Positions 12,950-24,985 of a DNA stretch of 64,000 nt are shown here, one piece after another. The notes below the pieces were generated by a model. That model saw nothing but the letters and a program-made list of their open reading frames with translations. It made no database searches and had not been told where the DNA came from. The stretch is from Octopus sinensis (taxonomy: Eukaryota), in NCBI RefSeq assembly GCF_006345805.1, contig NC_042999.1:83142001-83206000 (forward strand), read 5' to 3'. A program made the position numbers and the translations under genes. Positions within the stretch are counted from its first letter, which is position 1; each line of letters opens with the position of its first letter.

Positions 12950-13310
12950 TTAATAATATTTTCTTGGATCTTTTTGGTTTGACCGGCAGATTTTTAAAAT
13001 AATTTCTTTGTAACTAAACACTTTTAAACTTTGTATACTGGTAGAATGTGTTACATAAAACATCTTTTTCTCTTAGCTTTCTTGAGAAAATTCTGTAGTT
13101 TGTAAGCTATTTGTTGTTTAATTTCTTGCATTTCGGCAATTTCAACCAATCAATGACGTCTATTGAGGTGAATACAATTTCTCCAGTTCTTTGTCATCAA
13201 CATTTTCTGGTGGTGTCATATCAATTTGTCACTGTTATTTATGACATATTTCATATCAGTTATGTTCGTATGAATAAAAGATTATCGTTATTAAACTTTT
13301 ATTAATAAAC
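12950..13310. mobile_element. Probable non-autonomous DNA transposon fragment
   Basis: AT-rich non-coding block that I recall as a common octopus interspersed repeat; ends not resolved. Confidence 0.3.
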
Positions 13311-13525
13311 ACATATTCTGAGTTCACAGCATTGGTATATAACCACATCTGATAGTCTAGTCAATACACACTCATGCACCTGCAGGCAGGTGTGACTGTG
13401 TGGTTGAGAAACTTGCTTTCCAGCCATGAGGTTTTTGGGTTTACTCCCACAACCTGTTATGTGGGGAAGTTTTGCGAATGGGTCTCTGCAGTAAGAACAA
13501 AGCACTGAAAACTAACTTGAGATAA

Positions 13526-13862
13526 TACTGAGTGTCCCCAAAGTCACTGATGGGTTTCAATTTTTAATAACTTCCTTAACTTTACAAATAAATGCAGGAA
13601 ATTTTAATACAATTTAAGGAACATAATGGAAATTAATATGCACAAGTCAAATTTGGCAGCACTACTATATCACATATGACAAATAACATCACTTAAATGG
13701 CAGGCATTTTTGACTTCGCATGCTTGTGCTCTTTCCAAAACTTGAACCATAACACCTTCAAGAGTTTCAGACCCCACTTCTCTGATTTCTCTATTGATGT
13801 TCTCCTTCAGTTGCACCAGGGTCTCTGGTTTGTTGACATAAAGCCTTTCTTTTAGGACACCT
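13526..13862 (-). mobile_element. Tc1/mariner-superfamily remnant: transposase C-terminus and right TIR
   Basis: 13862-13670 reads GVLKERLYVNKPETLVQLKENINREIREVGSETLEGVMVQVLERAQACEVKNACHLSDVICHM*, resembling WGYLK..VY..KP.TL..LK..I; TA followed by CTGAGTGTCCCCAAAGTC at 13526. Confidence 0.85.
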
Positions 13863-13901
13863 TGTACTTGTAGTCCTTCACCTGAAAGCTCTTGTTGTTA
13901 A

Positions 13902-14094
13902 CCGTTTAGCATTGAGATTATTCTATCACATGCAATACTTATTTATTCACATTGTTTTGAATTAATCAGGCATTTCCTGGTTGCTTCGAAATTTTGATTA
14001 TGGGATTGATTGTTTTTAGAATAACTTTGGCTGATTTGGGATTAGAACAGATGGAATCTTTCGGCTGGCTATGGCCATTCTAAGTGCTAAAGGG
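13902..14094. mobile_element. piggyBac-like MITE type 2
   Basis: TTAA|CCGTTTAGCATT ... AGTGCTAAAGGG|TCTA. Confidence 0.65.
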
Positions 14095-14405
14095 TCTAGT
14101 GGCAAGTCGTTAACACTGAGATCAGATCTGTCTGACCCATGCCAGCTAAGGGCATGGCAAAATGATGATGACAATGATAACGAATCATGCCTTTTTTTTT
14201 TTCTCACACTCTCTCACGAAATATTCCAATGTGAATATTCTCAGACACACACATAAACACATATGTACAAGCACACACACACATCACGAGTGAAAAGACT
14301 TTGAAAAATAGTAGACATCATTCAGCTGTCAGTAGAATCAACCAAAAGACACAACAGTTCCAAATTTCTTCCTTCCTGTCTTGTTTGTATACTTATTTGT
14401 TTGTA

Positions 14406-14449
<44 letters not shown>

Positions 14450-14479
14450 ATATATATAAAATGTGTGTCTGTTTGTACG

Positions 14480-14514
<35 letters not shown>

Positions 14515-14826
14515 ATGTATGTATATAAGTATATTTGTTTACTTTGTATACATACTGGTATGTATGTATGTCTATTTTTTAATGATCTTCTCTGTATATT
14601 TGTTATTATATGTATAAATGTATGTTTATCTGCTTGTGTATATGTAAGCATAGTATTACAGAGCATATAATGACTCCCCCACCCCTAGCAAGCCAAACAC
14701 ATTATGGCAGTTCAGTTCCTGGTTGTGCAAGTTTCACATGGCATTAACCTATGAGCCGTTGTCACTGAGGCTGACCAAAGCTTTGTTAGTAGATTCGGTG
14801 GGAAGAAACTGAAAGAAGCTTGCCAT

Positions 14827-15190
14827 AGGTGCAGGAGTGGCTGTGTGGTAAGTAGCTTGCTTACCAACCACATGGTTCCAGGTTCAGTCCCACTGCATGG
14901 CATCTTGGGCAAGTGTCTTCTATTATAACTTCGGGCCAACCAAAACCTTGTGAGTGGATTTGGTAGATGGAAAATGAAAGAGGCCTGTTATGTATAATAT
15001 ATGTGTCTCTGTTTGTCCCCCTAACATCCCTTGACAACCAATACTGGTGTGTTTACATCCCCGTAACTTAGCGGTTCAGCAAAAGACACCGATAGAATGA
15101 GTAGTAGGCTTACAAAGAATAAGTGTGCTGCTTCAGCATGGCCGCAGTCAAATGACTGAAACAAGTAAAAGAATTAAAGAGTAAAAGAAT
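14827..15190 (+). mobile_element. SINE family B (CORE-like), near full length
   Basis: GGTGCAGGAGTGGCTGTGTGGTAAGTAGCTTGCTTACC head; GGCATCTTGGGCAAGTGTCTTC. Confidence 0.85.
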
Positions 15191-15419
15191 ATGTGTTTGT
15201 ATCCCCTTGTGTTGGTATCGCATAATAGTTTATAACTGAGTGCCTCTGTTATACAAATGGTGTGTATCATATGTTTCCAGTATTCTGTGAGAACATGCTT
15301 GGCCATGAGGGAACCATTATCTCGCTTGGAAACAGGTGAGGGTTGGCAACAGGAAAAGTGTCTAACCTCAGAAAATCTGCCTCAGTAAACTTTACACACA
15401 CATACACACACACACACAC

Positions 15420-15590
15420 ACAACAGGCTTCTTTCAGTTTCTGTTTTCCAAATTGACTCACAAGGTCTTATTGAAACTGGTGCTATTATAGAGTCACTTG
15501 CCAGAGGTACCATACAGTGGGGCTAAATCTGAAATCATGTCTTTGAGAAGTAAGCTTCTTACCACACTGCCATGCCTGCTTCACGTTCAA
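15420..15590 (-). mobile_element. SINE family B head fragment
   Basis: Reverse complement of the family B 5' part. Confidence 0.6.
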
Positions 15591-15664
15591 TTATTACATA
15601 AGAATCCAAGCATCACCCCACATTTGTTCCATACAATTTCTTTCTCCTTCTGTCTCTATTTCAT

Positions 15665-15860
15665 CTTTTCTACTCTTAAGCACAAGGCCCAAAATTTTGC
15701 GGGAGGGAACCGGTCGATTAGATCGCCTACAGTATGCAACTGGCACTTAAATTTATCGACCCCAAAAGTAAGGAAGGCAAAGTCGACCTCGGCAGTATTT
15801 GAACTCAGAACATAAAGACAGAAGAAACACTGCTAAGCATTCTGTCCGGTGTGCTATTGT
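15665..15860 (-). mobile_element. SINE family A (tail B)
   Basis: AAGGCAAAGTCGACCTCGGCAGTATTTGAACTCAGAAC; CACAAGGCCCAAAATTT tail. Confidence 0.75.
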
Positions 15861-16642
15861 CTCTCTCTATCTCATATTACCTTTTAGTTATGACCTCAAT
15901 TAAACCTAATGATTCCCAAATATCAATAAGAGTATTAACCTTGGTTTTGGAAGGCCTTTGAAGGCCAGGATACAAGCCAACCCCCTGAGATTAAAACAAA
16001 AAAATAAAAAACTTGAATTATAAAAGAATATGCCCTTGATGCTCCATCTTCTCTTCCCAAAACACATCCTAGATATAGTTATCCTCTCCCTAAACCCGGA
16101 GGGTGGCCTTGCTCCCATCTTAGAAAAAAAATAAAAATCAATAGCCCTGGCGGTAATCTATTGATGTTTTATGAAGATGGTGGTGGTGGAGGTGGTTATT
16201 ATTTTTGTTTGTTGGTTCCAAAGAATATGTAGAATTATCACAATGGTAGTAACTGTAGAAGTAGTAGTTTTAAAGGTGGTGGCTGTGAGGGTGGTGGTGG
16301 TGGTGGTGGTTGCAGTAATTGTAATGGCACTGTAGAACATTGGCAAGAGGCGAAGTATTATATATGTGATTTGGTGGGTGGTATCTAGCACGAAGTGAGG
16401 TGTACTCATGCAGGCACTTGTGTGTGTGTGTATATACACACACACACACGCACATACATATGTACATGCACAGTGCATACCACACATGCGCACTCACAGA
16501 TGTATGCATGCACACACACACACAAAACCCACTGTTTAATCTCCATCAAGTTGACATTCACCCAAACTTTGATATTTTATATCACTGAATATAATAAACT
16601 AGCATGGGAAAGCTTGGCTTTACTTCCTCCTTATGGTCTGTT

Positions 16643-16684
<42 letters not shown>

Positions 16685-16746
16685 ATGCGTGTGTCTCTGT
16701 GTGTTTGCTCATAAATATGTCTTATGAATATGTTTGTTAGTTGCGA

Positions 16747-16778
<32 letters not shown>

Positions 16779-16912
16779 TGTCTGAATGTGTAGATATTTT
16801 GTGCATGTGTATGTTTGTATGTATATATATATATATATGCACACCACACACACATACACATATATATATAGGTAGGGAGATAGTGATCGGTATATAGGTT
16901 TATACATGTATA

Positions 16913-16976
<64 letters not shown>

Positions 16977-17478
16977 TAGATAGATAGATGTGTGTATTTG
17001 CATGTTTGTGTGCACATCCGCACACATGTACATAGATGCATATGCATGCAAATACATGCACACATAATGTACATACACACATTTATATACATACATAGAT
17101 ACATATGTATATATATATACACACACAATACATATATTATTAATATACATGTTTGTGTGTATTTGGAATGGGTTTGCATTTATTTCTATACACACATGCG
17201 AATGTGAGGATGTTTATGCACACACACTTGGTTTTGTGTACATGAAACTATAAACACATTTGCAATATACATGCATGCCTTCACATATGCATTCAGTGTG
17301 CATTGTATGAATGTGGATGTGCTTGTTAATTGCATAAGTGACATGAGCAATGGAGTTTTAATTTGATATTGGTACCAGGTTGGGAATTTCGTTTCCTGGG
17401 AGAGTTTAAGGTGTTTGCCAATGCACATATTACAAAAATACAACAATAATAATAAAAATATAAATCATTGCATTAATA

Positions 17479-17518
<40 letters not shown>

Positions 17519-17727
17519 CGATGATGATTATTTATATTTGCCACCAGGGCAAGGGATGAGAATACATTGCAAAAATACATTATAAAAATCGGTGGGATTT
17601 GGCACTGAATTGATTATAAAAAATATGAAATGAGAAGTTCCAGTAGCAAAAAAAACTTTCATCTGGGCCCAATCAAAGAACTCTTTAGATTTATGATTGC
17701 CTCTCCTAGCTGTGTTCTCTACCCTAA

Positions 17728-17938
17728 CCCTTTATTATTTAAACCAGCCATATCTGGCCAAAATATCTGAGCCGCTTTATGGCCAAATCTGGTTACTCGT
17801 GTCTACCCTATCTGTCATTCTAAAAATATACTATGCCATCACTGAAATCTCAAAGTTATGATGTAATGCATGATTAATTCAAAACAATGTGAATAAAAAA
17901 AGCAATACATTTAACAAACGAATCTGAATGCTAAAGGG
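17728..17938. mobile_element. piggyBac-like MITE type 2
   Basis: CTAA|CCCTTT ... ATGCTAAAGGG|TTAG. Confidence 0.7.
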
Positions 17939-17942
17939 TTAG

Positions 17943-18505
17943 CCCTTTTTGTTAGCATATTTCTGTTGAGATGCTCTGTGTTTCAATTAATTTTAAATCA
18001 TCATCATCGTTTAACGTCCGTTTTTCATGCTAGCATGGGTTGGACGTTTCGACCGGGGTCTGAGAAGCCAGGAGGCTGCTCTAACCTCCAGTCTGATCTG
18101 GCAGTGTTTTTATGGCTGGATGCCCTTCCTAACGCCAACCACTCCGTGAATGTAGTGGGTGCTTTTTACGTGCCACCGGCACAGGGGCCAGAGGAGGCTA
18201 GCAAATGGCCACAATCAGTTGGTGCTTTTTACATGTCACTGACATAGATGCCAGTCAGGCAGCGCTGGCATCAGCCGCGTTCAGATGGTGCTTTTTACGT
18301 GCCACCGGCACGGGTATCTTAACTACAATTTCCATTTGATTTTTATTTTGATGTTGGTGTTGACATAAAAAAAAAAAGTAAAATAACTTAGTTATCATTA
18401 AGCTAGTGTTAAGAACATAAATTGTGACTAAGGTTTGGCAGAAAATTTTAATTCAGAACTTTTGAATACAAGAGGCAGTTTCAGGCAGGTTGGTATCAAA
18501 AAGGG
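17943..18505. mobile_element. piggyBac-like MITE type 1 with nested RTE 3' end (about 17999-18360)
   Basis: TTAG|CCCTTTT ... AAAAGGG|TTAA; internal sequence homologous to 30166-30385. Confidence 0.8.
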
Positions 18506-18627
18506 TTAAAAATACCCCTTATATATTTGACCATGTATCTTAGATCTGACCACATAACTTCCATGTTTCACATCGAAGAAATGCTTGACTGTTATTTTCT
18601 CTGTTAACACACAGTTACAGTCCAGAT

Positions 18628-18812
18628 CAGTGCTCTACAACCGGTATGTCACAGCACACTGGTGTGCCAGGGGACGATGCTAGGTGTGCCACAGTGTAAC
18701 CTGAATATAATTTTTTTCCCGATGCTTTTAGTTATATTTTTAGTATAGGTGTGCTTCTAAATGTTGAAAAGAATATAAATGTATCGCAAGTGAAAAAGTG
18801 TTGTGGAGCATG
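18628..18812. mobile_element. hAT (Charlie-like) MITE
   Basis: TIR CAGTGCTCTACAAC / GTTGTGGAGCATG; GGTGTGCC subterminal motifs; diverged 8-bp flanks resembling NTCTAGAN. Confidence 0.6.
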
Positions 18813-19260
18813 GGTCTAAAGTGCTACCATTTCTGACAACTTGGAGGAACCTTCTTTAATGCAGTCTGTTGATCTGTTAGAAATAGCACAACCTTTAAAA
18901 GCAAATACATTGGGTGAAAAATATGAACTTCACCACCTGTGGAATTAAAACTTATAGGTTTAGAAGGTGAAAGTTGTAGTTGGGGACAAAAGGTTGTGAA
19001 TTTTGTGCACTAGAAGAAGCTACTGTTCTTGCAATAATTCTCTACAAAGCCCTATAATCAAAGACATTTCATCTATGACCTCTTTGTTTTTTCACACATA
19101 TATCTAGGACTGTTATTATATGTATAAATGTATGTTTATCTGCTTGTGTATATGTAAGCATAGTATTCACTGTTCTCGGCTTGTTAATGGCTAGGTGTTT
19201 CAGATGAGTAAACACTGGCATTGATGTAGAGACATTTGAGATTTTGTCTTGGTGAATCTA

Positions 19261-19324
19261 GCTGATGAGAACTAATCAAATTTACCCTAACAAACGTAAT
19301 TTGGAAATTTCGAAACCTAGGTCC
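19261..19324 (+). ncRNA. Minimal type-I hammerhead ribozyme motif (PLE-type), canonical core, helix I 3' strand missing
   Basis: CTGATGA (19262-19268), G10.1 to C11.1 imperfect long helix II, GAAA (19312-19315), palindromic helix III ACCTAGGT, GTC cleavage triplet (19321-19323). Confidence 0.7.
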
Positions 19325-20247
19325 ACACACACACATATGTGAATGTATATCCTTTACCATTTTGAAGTGATTTATTTGACTGTTATTTCTTGCAATTCAA
19401 GTGAGCACATTGAAGTTCATATCTTGGCTCAAATAGTTAACTAGTTTGATGATGATGATGATGATGATCATGATTGATGACCACAAACAAGGCTAAGGCA
19501 AGAGTAACTGGTGGTGGTGTGGGCGAGGATAAAGAAGATAATGATTAATAAAAGTTAATGGTTTCAGTGTTTTATTATAATTTTATTCACATTTGGGTCA
19601 CTTTACAGGAATATTAAATTAACCCTGGTAGTTGATTTGGTACTTGCACCTTGTTGGCTCCAGAAGGATGAAAGGCAAAGTTGACCTCAGCAGGATTTGA
19701 ACTCCAAACGTTAAAAGGCTGTAACTAAATATCACAGGAATTTTGTTCTGAGGGAGAGAAGAGTAAGAGGAGGAGGAGGAGGATCATTCTGCTAATGATT
19801 CTGTCAATTCACATTGGTGAGGGTGGTGGTGGTGGTGTTGATGGTGGTGATGTTGATGATGAAAAAAAAAAATCTGCGTTGTAACAGGTGAATAAGATCA
19901 ATCAACACTACATTGTTGTGTTTCAAAAAAGAAGAAGAAGAACAACAACAACAACAGGAATATTCTCTATGTCATATTTCTATGACAAATGGTTATGATA
20001 TGATGATTGCCTTGTTGAAAGCTAGTGTGTGCGTGTATGTGCTCTGAGGTGGGGGGAAGAAAAATAGAAAGAAAGAGAGGAAGCACCTCCATGAACACCG
20101 ACATCATCACCAAAACACTGGCAACAGATAACCTAAATTACACTTTTGAGAAGAGAAGAATGAAAAATACCAAAGGTTGTGGAACATCAATGGAAAATAT
20201 AGAAAAATGTCAACACATTATTATCATTATCATCATCATTATTATCA

Positions 20248-20284
<37 letters not shown>

Positions 20285-20521
20285 CATTATTCATTGTAGT
20301 TCTTATTATTATTTCTTAGCATTGTTGTTGTTTTATTAATATTTTTGAATATCTATTGTATTTTGTTATTTACAGGAATTTCAATGACTTTAGCTTCTTG
20401 TTGTTGTTGTTACTATCCTTGTCTAATTCCAATATTTATTAAATGCTCCTTTCCCCACTTACCTGTTGCCCTTGTGGCAAATAAAGAAGTTATTATTAAA
20501 TTATTATTATTATTATTATTA

Positions 20522-20964
20522 TAAAGGCAGCGGAGCTGACCGAATCATTAGCACACTGCAATTACAATCTGAGTTCAAATTCCACTGAGGTCGACTTTGC
20601 GTTTCATCCTTTCAGGGTCGCTTAAATAAGCACCAGTTTACACACTCGGGTTGATGTAATCGACTTAATCCCTTTCCCCAAATTTGAGGCCTCGTGCTTC
20701 CAGAAAGAATTCATCATCATCATCAGCATCATTTAGCGTCCGTTTTCCATGCTAGCATGGGTTGGACAGTTTAACTGGGGTCTGTGAAGCCGGAAGGCTT
20801 CATCAGGCCCAGTCAGATCTGGCAGTGTTTCTACGGCTGGATGCCCTTCCTAACGCCAACCACTCCGTGAGTGTAGTGGGTGTTTTTTACGTGCCACCTG
20901 CACAGGTGCCAGACAGAGCTGGTAAACGGCCACGAACGGATGGTGTTTTTACGTGCCACCAGCA

Positions 20965-20965
<1 letters not shown>
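20522..20965. mobile_element. SINE family A (tail B, +, 20522-20710) abutting an RTE 3' end (-, 20712-20965)
   Basis: Family motifs directly visible. Confidence 0.75.
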
Positions 20966-21025
<60 letters not shown>

Positions 21026-21029
21026 ATAA

Positions 21030-21380
21030 AAGTTGACCTTGCTTTTCATCCATTTGGGGTCGATGAATTAATTACCTGTTAAGCACTGGTGTCAATGTAA
21101 TCAACTAGCCAACTTCCACAAAATTTTAGGCCTTGTGCCTATAATTGGAAGGGTTATTATTATTATTAGGGCAGTGAGCTTGCAAAATTGTTAGCACGCT
21201 GGACAAAATGTTTAGCAATATTTCGCCCGTCACTACATTCTGGGTTCAAATTCCACTGACATTGACTTTGCCTTTACTTTCTGGGTTGAAAAATTTAGTA
21301 CCAGTGAAACACTGGGGTCAATGTAATCGACTAGCCCCCTCCCCACCAAATTTAGGCTTTGTGCTTTCAGTAGAAAGGAT
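21030..21380 (+). mobile_element. Two SINE family A (tail B) copies, the first 5'-truncated
   Basis: Central block and AGGCCTTGTGCCT-type tail repeated. Confidence 0.7.
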
Positions 21381-22077
21381 TATTTTTATTATTGCTATTA
21401 AATGAAATGCTTGATATGTGGTGTAATTTGGCCAGATCACCAAGATTAATGATAGCAAATGGTCTGGGATTAAATTCAGCATGGTCATTCTCAGTTTGAG
21501 AAGAGCTGAGAACTTTATAGCTGATTAGGTGGGCAGAGGTGGAAAATATACATATATTGCTCCTGTTATTTATCACTGCCTTATTTTGCCACAGATTTCA
21601 TCTAAGTTGGAACATCTGTTCTTTTACATTGGTGATAAGGTCTGCTTGTGGCTAGCACCACCAGCTGCAGAGGGTTTGGAATGTTGTCATGGCTGATCAT
21701 GCTTAGATTTACTGGTATAGATGTAACTGTGTGGGTGAGAATGTTGCTTCCCAATCACATCATTTGGGGTTTAGTCTCACCACAGAGAATCTGAGACCAG
21801 TGTCTTCTGTTATAGCAAAGAGTTTAGCAAAGCTTTGTGAGTAGATTGTTTGTGTGTGTGTTTGTGCATGTCTGTGTGTGTGTGCACACATGTGCATGCA
21901 TGTTCATGTGTGTATTTGTATAAATGTGTGTGTATGTTTGCATCTTGTTTTTACATTGTGAGGGCAACAGGATGACATACAGCCATCACTATCCCTCTTC
22001 CATTACTCCCTCCTTTTTTCATTTTTCTTACCCATTGCTTTGTGTATCCAGTCATACTCAACTATCCTCTCTTGTCC

Positions 22078-22135
<58 letters not shown>

Positions 22136-22549
22136 AGAAGTTGCTTTAAATGACCAAACACAGCATAGAATAGAGCAAACTTTTTAGTTTTCCATTGGAC
22201 ACAGCAGCCTTTCTAGTACTGGCGCCATGATAAAATATACCCACTACACTCCTGTAAACTGATTTGGCATTAAGAAGGTCATCTACCTTTAGAAACCATA
22301 AATCACATGAATGAAACAGTCCTTGACCAGTGTAGGAGGGTTGTATTCCAAATAAGAATTGATTCTGACCTTTCCAGCTGGGAATGCAGGTGTTCAATGA
22401 TGATGATTGATAATGATGATTCCTCTATCCTGGCAATAATGCCCTATTATTGGCCAGCATCAATGGACAGAAGAAAACTTATGTTTGTCTTTGTTTTTTC
22501 TTTTTCTCTTTGAGCTTAAAGAGAATTGTTTGTGTGTGTGTGTACATAT

Positions 22550-22850
22550 GTAAAGGGTAAAGACCCCCTTTGCTTATGAATGATTGTGAGAACCTAGAAG
22601 TTCCCCTCTGAGGGCACACATCTGAACAAGGTTATTTATGGAAGACCAGTAGTTGCCCATGCATACCAGCCTCCTCTCTCCATGCTACCGATGTTATCCA
22701 AGGGAAAGGCAAAGGCTGATACAGCTTGGCACCATTAACTGGAGCAACATGAAATAAAGTGTCTTGTTCAAGAACACAACACACAGCCCAGTTTGAGAAT
22801 CGAACTCACTACCTCATAATAGTGAGTCTAACGCTCTAACAACTTAGCCA
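22550..22850 (-). mobile_element. tRNA-headed SINE family C
   Basis: Minus head TGGCTAAGTTGTTAGAGCG...GAGTTCGATTCTC (A/B boxes) followed by a non-tRNA body. Confidence 0.7.
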
Positions 22851-23151
22851 TCTCTTTGTATATACATTTATATATCTTGTTCTTTTTTGTCTTGCAACTT
22901 ACTTGGTAACTTCATGACTACCAGTGGCAGAAAATAAGTACCTAGTACACATTGTAAAGTGGTCAGCATTAGGAAGAGTATCCAGCCCTAGAAAGTCTAC
23001 CAATGCTGACATTTGAACTCAGCGCAGCCCTGTTGGCTTGCTGGATCCTGAAACCATCCAACCTATGCCACCTTGGAAGACAGCTGTTAAAAGATGCTAA
23101 CTACACCAATGCTAAGCATTCACACTTTCAAACACACATTCATGCATATGT

Positions 23152-23545
23152 ACATCATCATCATTTAACATCTGTTGTCCTGGGCTGGACAGTTTGACCA
23201 GGGCTGGCAAGTGTTGAGGGGCTATACTGGACTCCAGTTTGATTTGGCATGGTTTCTAGGGTTGGATGCCCTTCCCAATGCCAACCACTCAAAGAGTGTA
23301 ATGGATGCTTTTAGGTGCTACCAGTACAGGTGTTATTTGCATGACTCCAGAATCTTACCATGACTATGACATAATGTCAAAGGTCTCGGTCATTTGTCAT
23401 TGCCTCTGTAAGGCCCAACGCTCAAAAGGTGCTTTTTACATACATTTGCCACATTGCTTCTGTGAGACCCAATACTCAAAAGGTGCCGGTTACATGGCAC
23501 CAGCATCAGCCATAACTACGATTTCATTTAGCTTGATGGGTCTTT
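23152..23545 (-). mobile_element. RTE-type LINE 3' UTR copy, diverged
   Basis: (CAT)n tail and GGATGCCCTTCC.AATGCCAACCACTC block. Confidence 0.65.
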
Positions 23546-24053
23546 TATTTATGCATGTATGTAAGCGTAAGGCCCACAAATTTGAGGTGAGCAGGTTAGA
23601 TGATTATTTTACCTAACCTAGAAAGATAAAAAGCAAAGCAGGCCTGGATGAGATTTGAACTCATATGTGAAGAGACTGAACAAATACTGCAAAGCATTTT
23701 GTCAGGTGCTGCTACCAGTTTTGTGAATCCACTGCTGCACACTCACACACATTTTGTACTTGTTGGTTTGTAGTTATATTTTATCTTTTTGTGTCTATGT
23801 ATGTGTATATTATAATTATCATCATCATCATCGTTTGATGATATGAGTGTGTGTATGAATGTAGACACACAGATACACATACATATATATATATTAGATG
23901 TTTCTGTGTGCTTATGTATACCTGTTTCAATGTATGTATACGTGATATCATATTTGCCAGTGATAAAGATATACATCTCCCTATACGGAATCCTGCATGC
24001 CATAAGTCTGTCACGTTTTCAATTATATAGCATGTTTAAACACTGCCTTTCTG

Positions 24054-24096
<43 letters not shown>

Positions 24097-24849
24097 CACA
24101 CACGCACACTAACTCCATTCCAGATTAGATTGGAAATCAGACATTCAGACACAGCAACACACACTATTACACACCTCCTAGAATTTAGAAAATTGCATGT
24201 TCACACATATTCACGCACACTGACAGACATCTTGGTTAGTTTAATTTGAACTTCTTTTTTTATCATTTTTTTGCATCTGGTGACATACTTTATAAGATAT
24301 ATACATTGGCAACGGCACCTTTTTGCACATATACACACTCATACACATGGGTGAATATTTTTTCTTTATATACCACTTTTCAATATATCTGTTTTATATT
24401 CCAATTCTGTTCTAATATATTCTTCTACCTACCACCATCATCATCAATTTCTTTTACCGTGCTGGCACAGATAGGATAGGTTAGCAATATAGCATCTTTC
24501 CTCTCCGTCAGACTCCATCTTCCAGCTTCTCATCTGTGATATAAATCAACTGAGATCCAACAAAACTGCTGCTTCCCAAGTAATTATACCTTGAAGGTGG
24601 TGGAGAGAGAAAATAATGAAAAAAACTAGAATCCTATGTCGCTAGTCGCAGTCCATGATGGTGAAAACGTTGATAAAAATACCTAACTAATGATGATACT
24701 TTTACGTAGTTGCTAGATATAGCAGCTAAAATCTCTTTCAAACCATTCCATATCATTTAAAAAAACAACAACAAAAATTTAAAGATTATTCCTTGAAAAT
24801 ATTGTCATAGTATTAATGGCTTGAGTACCTTTTAATTATAAATAACCTT

Positions 24850-24985
24850 AAGGTGGCAGAATCGTTAGCATGCCAGGTAAAACACTTAATATTTCACCCA
24901 TCTACATATGCTGAGTTCAAATTCTGTCAAGGTTGACTTTGCATTTCATCCTTTTGGGTTGATAAAATAAGTACCAGTTGAATAC
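24850..24985 (+). mobile_element. SINE family A, 3'-truncated
   Basis: Head and central block. Confidence 0.65.
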
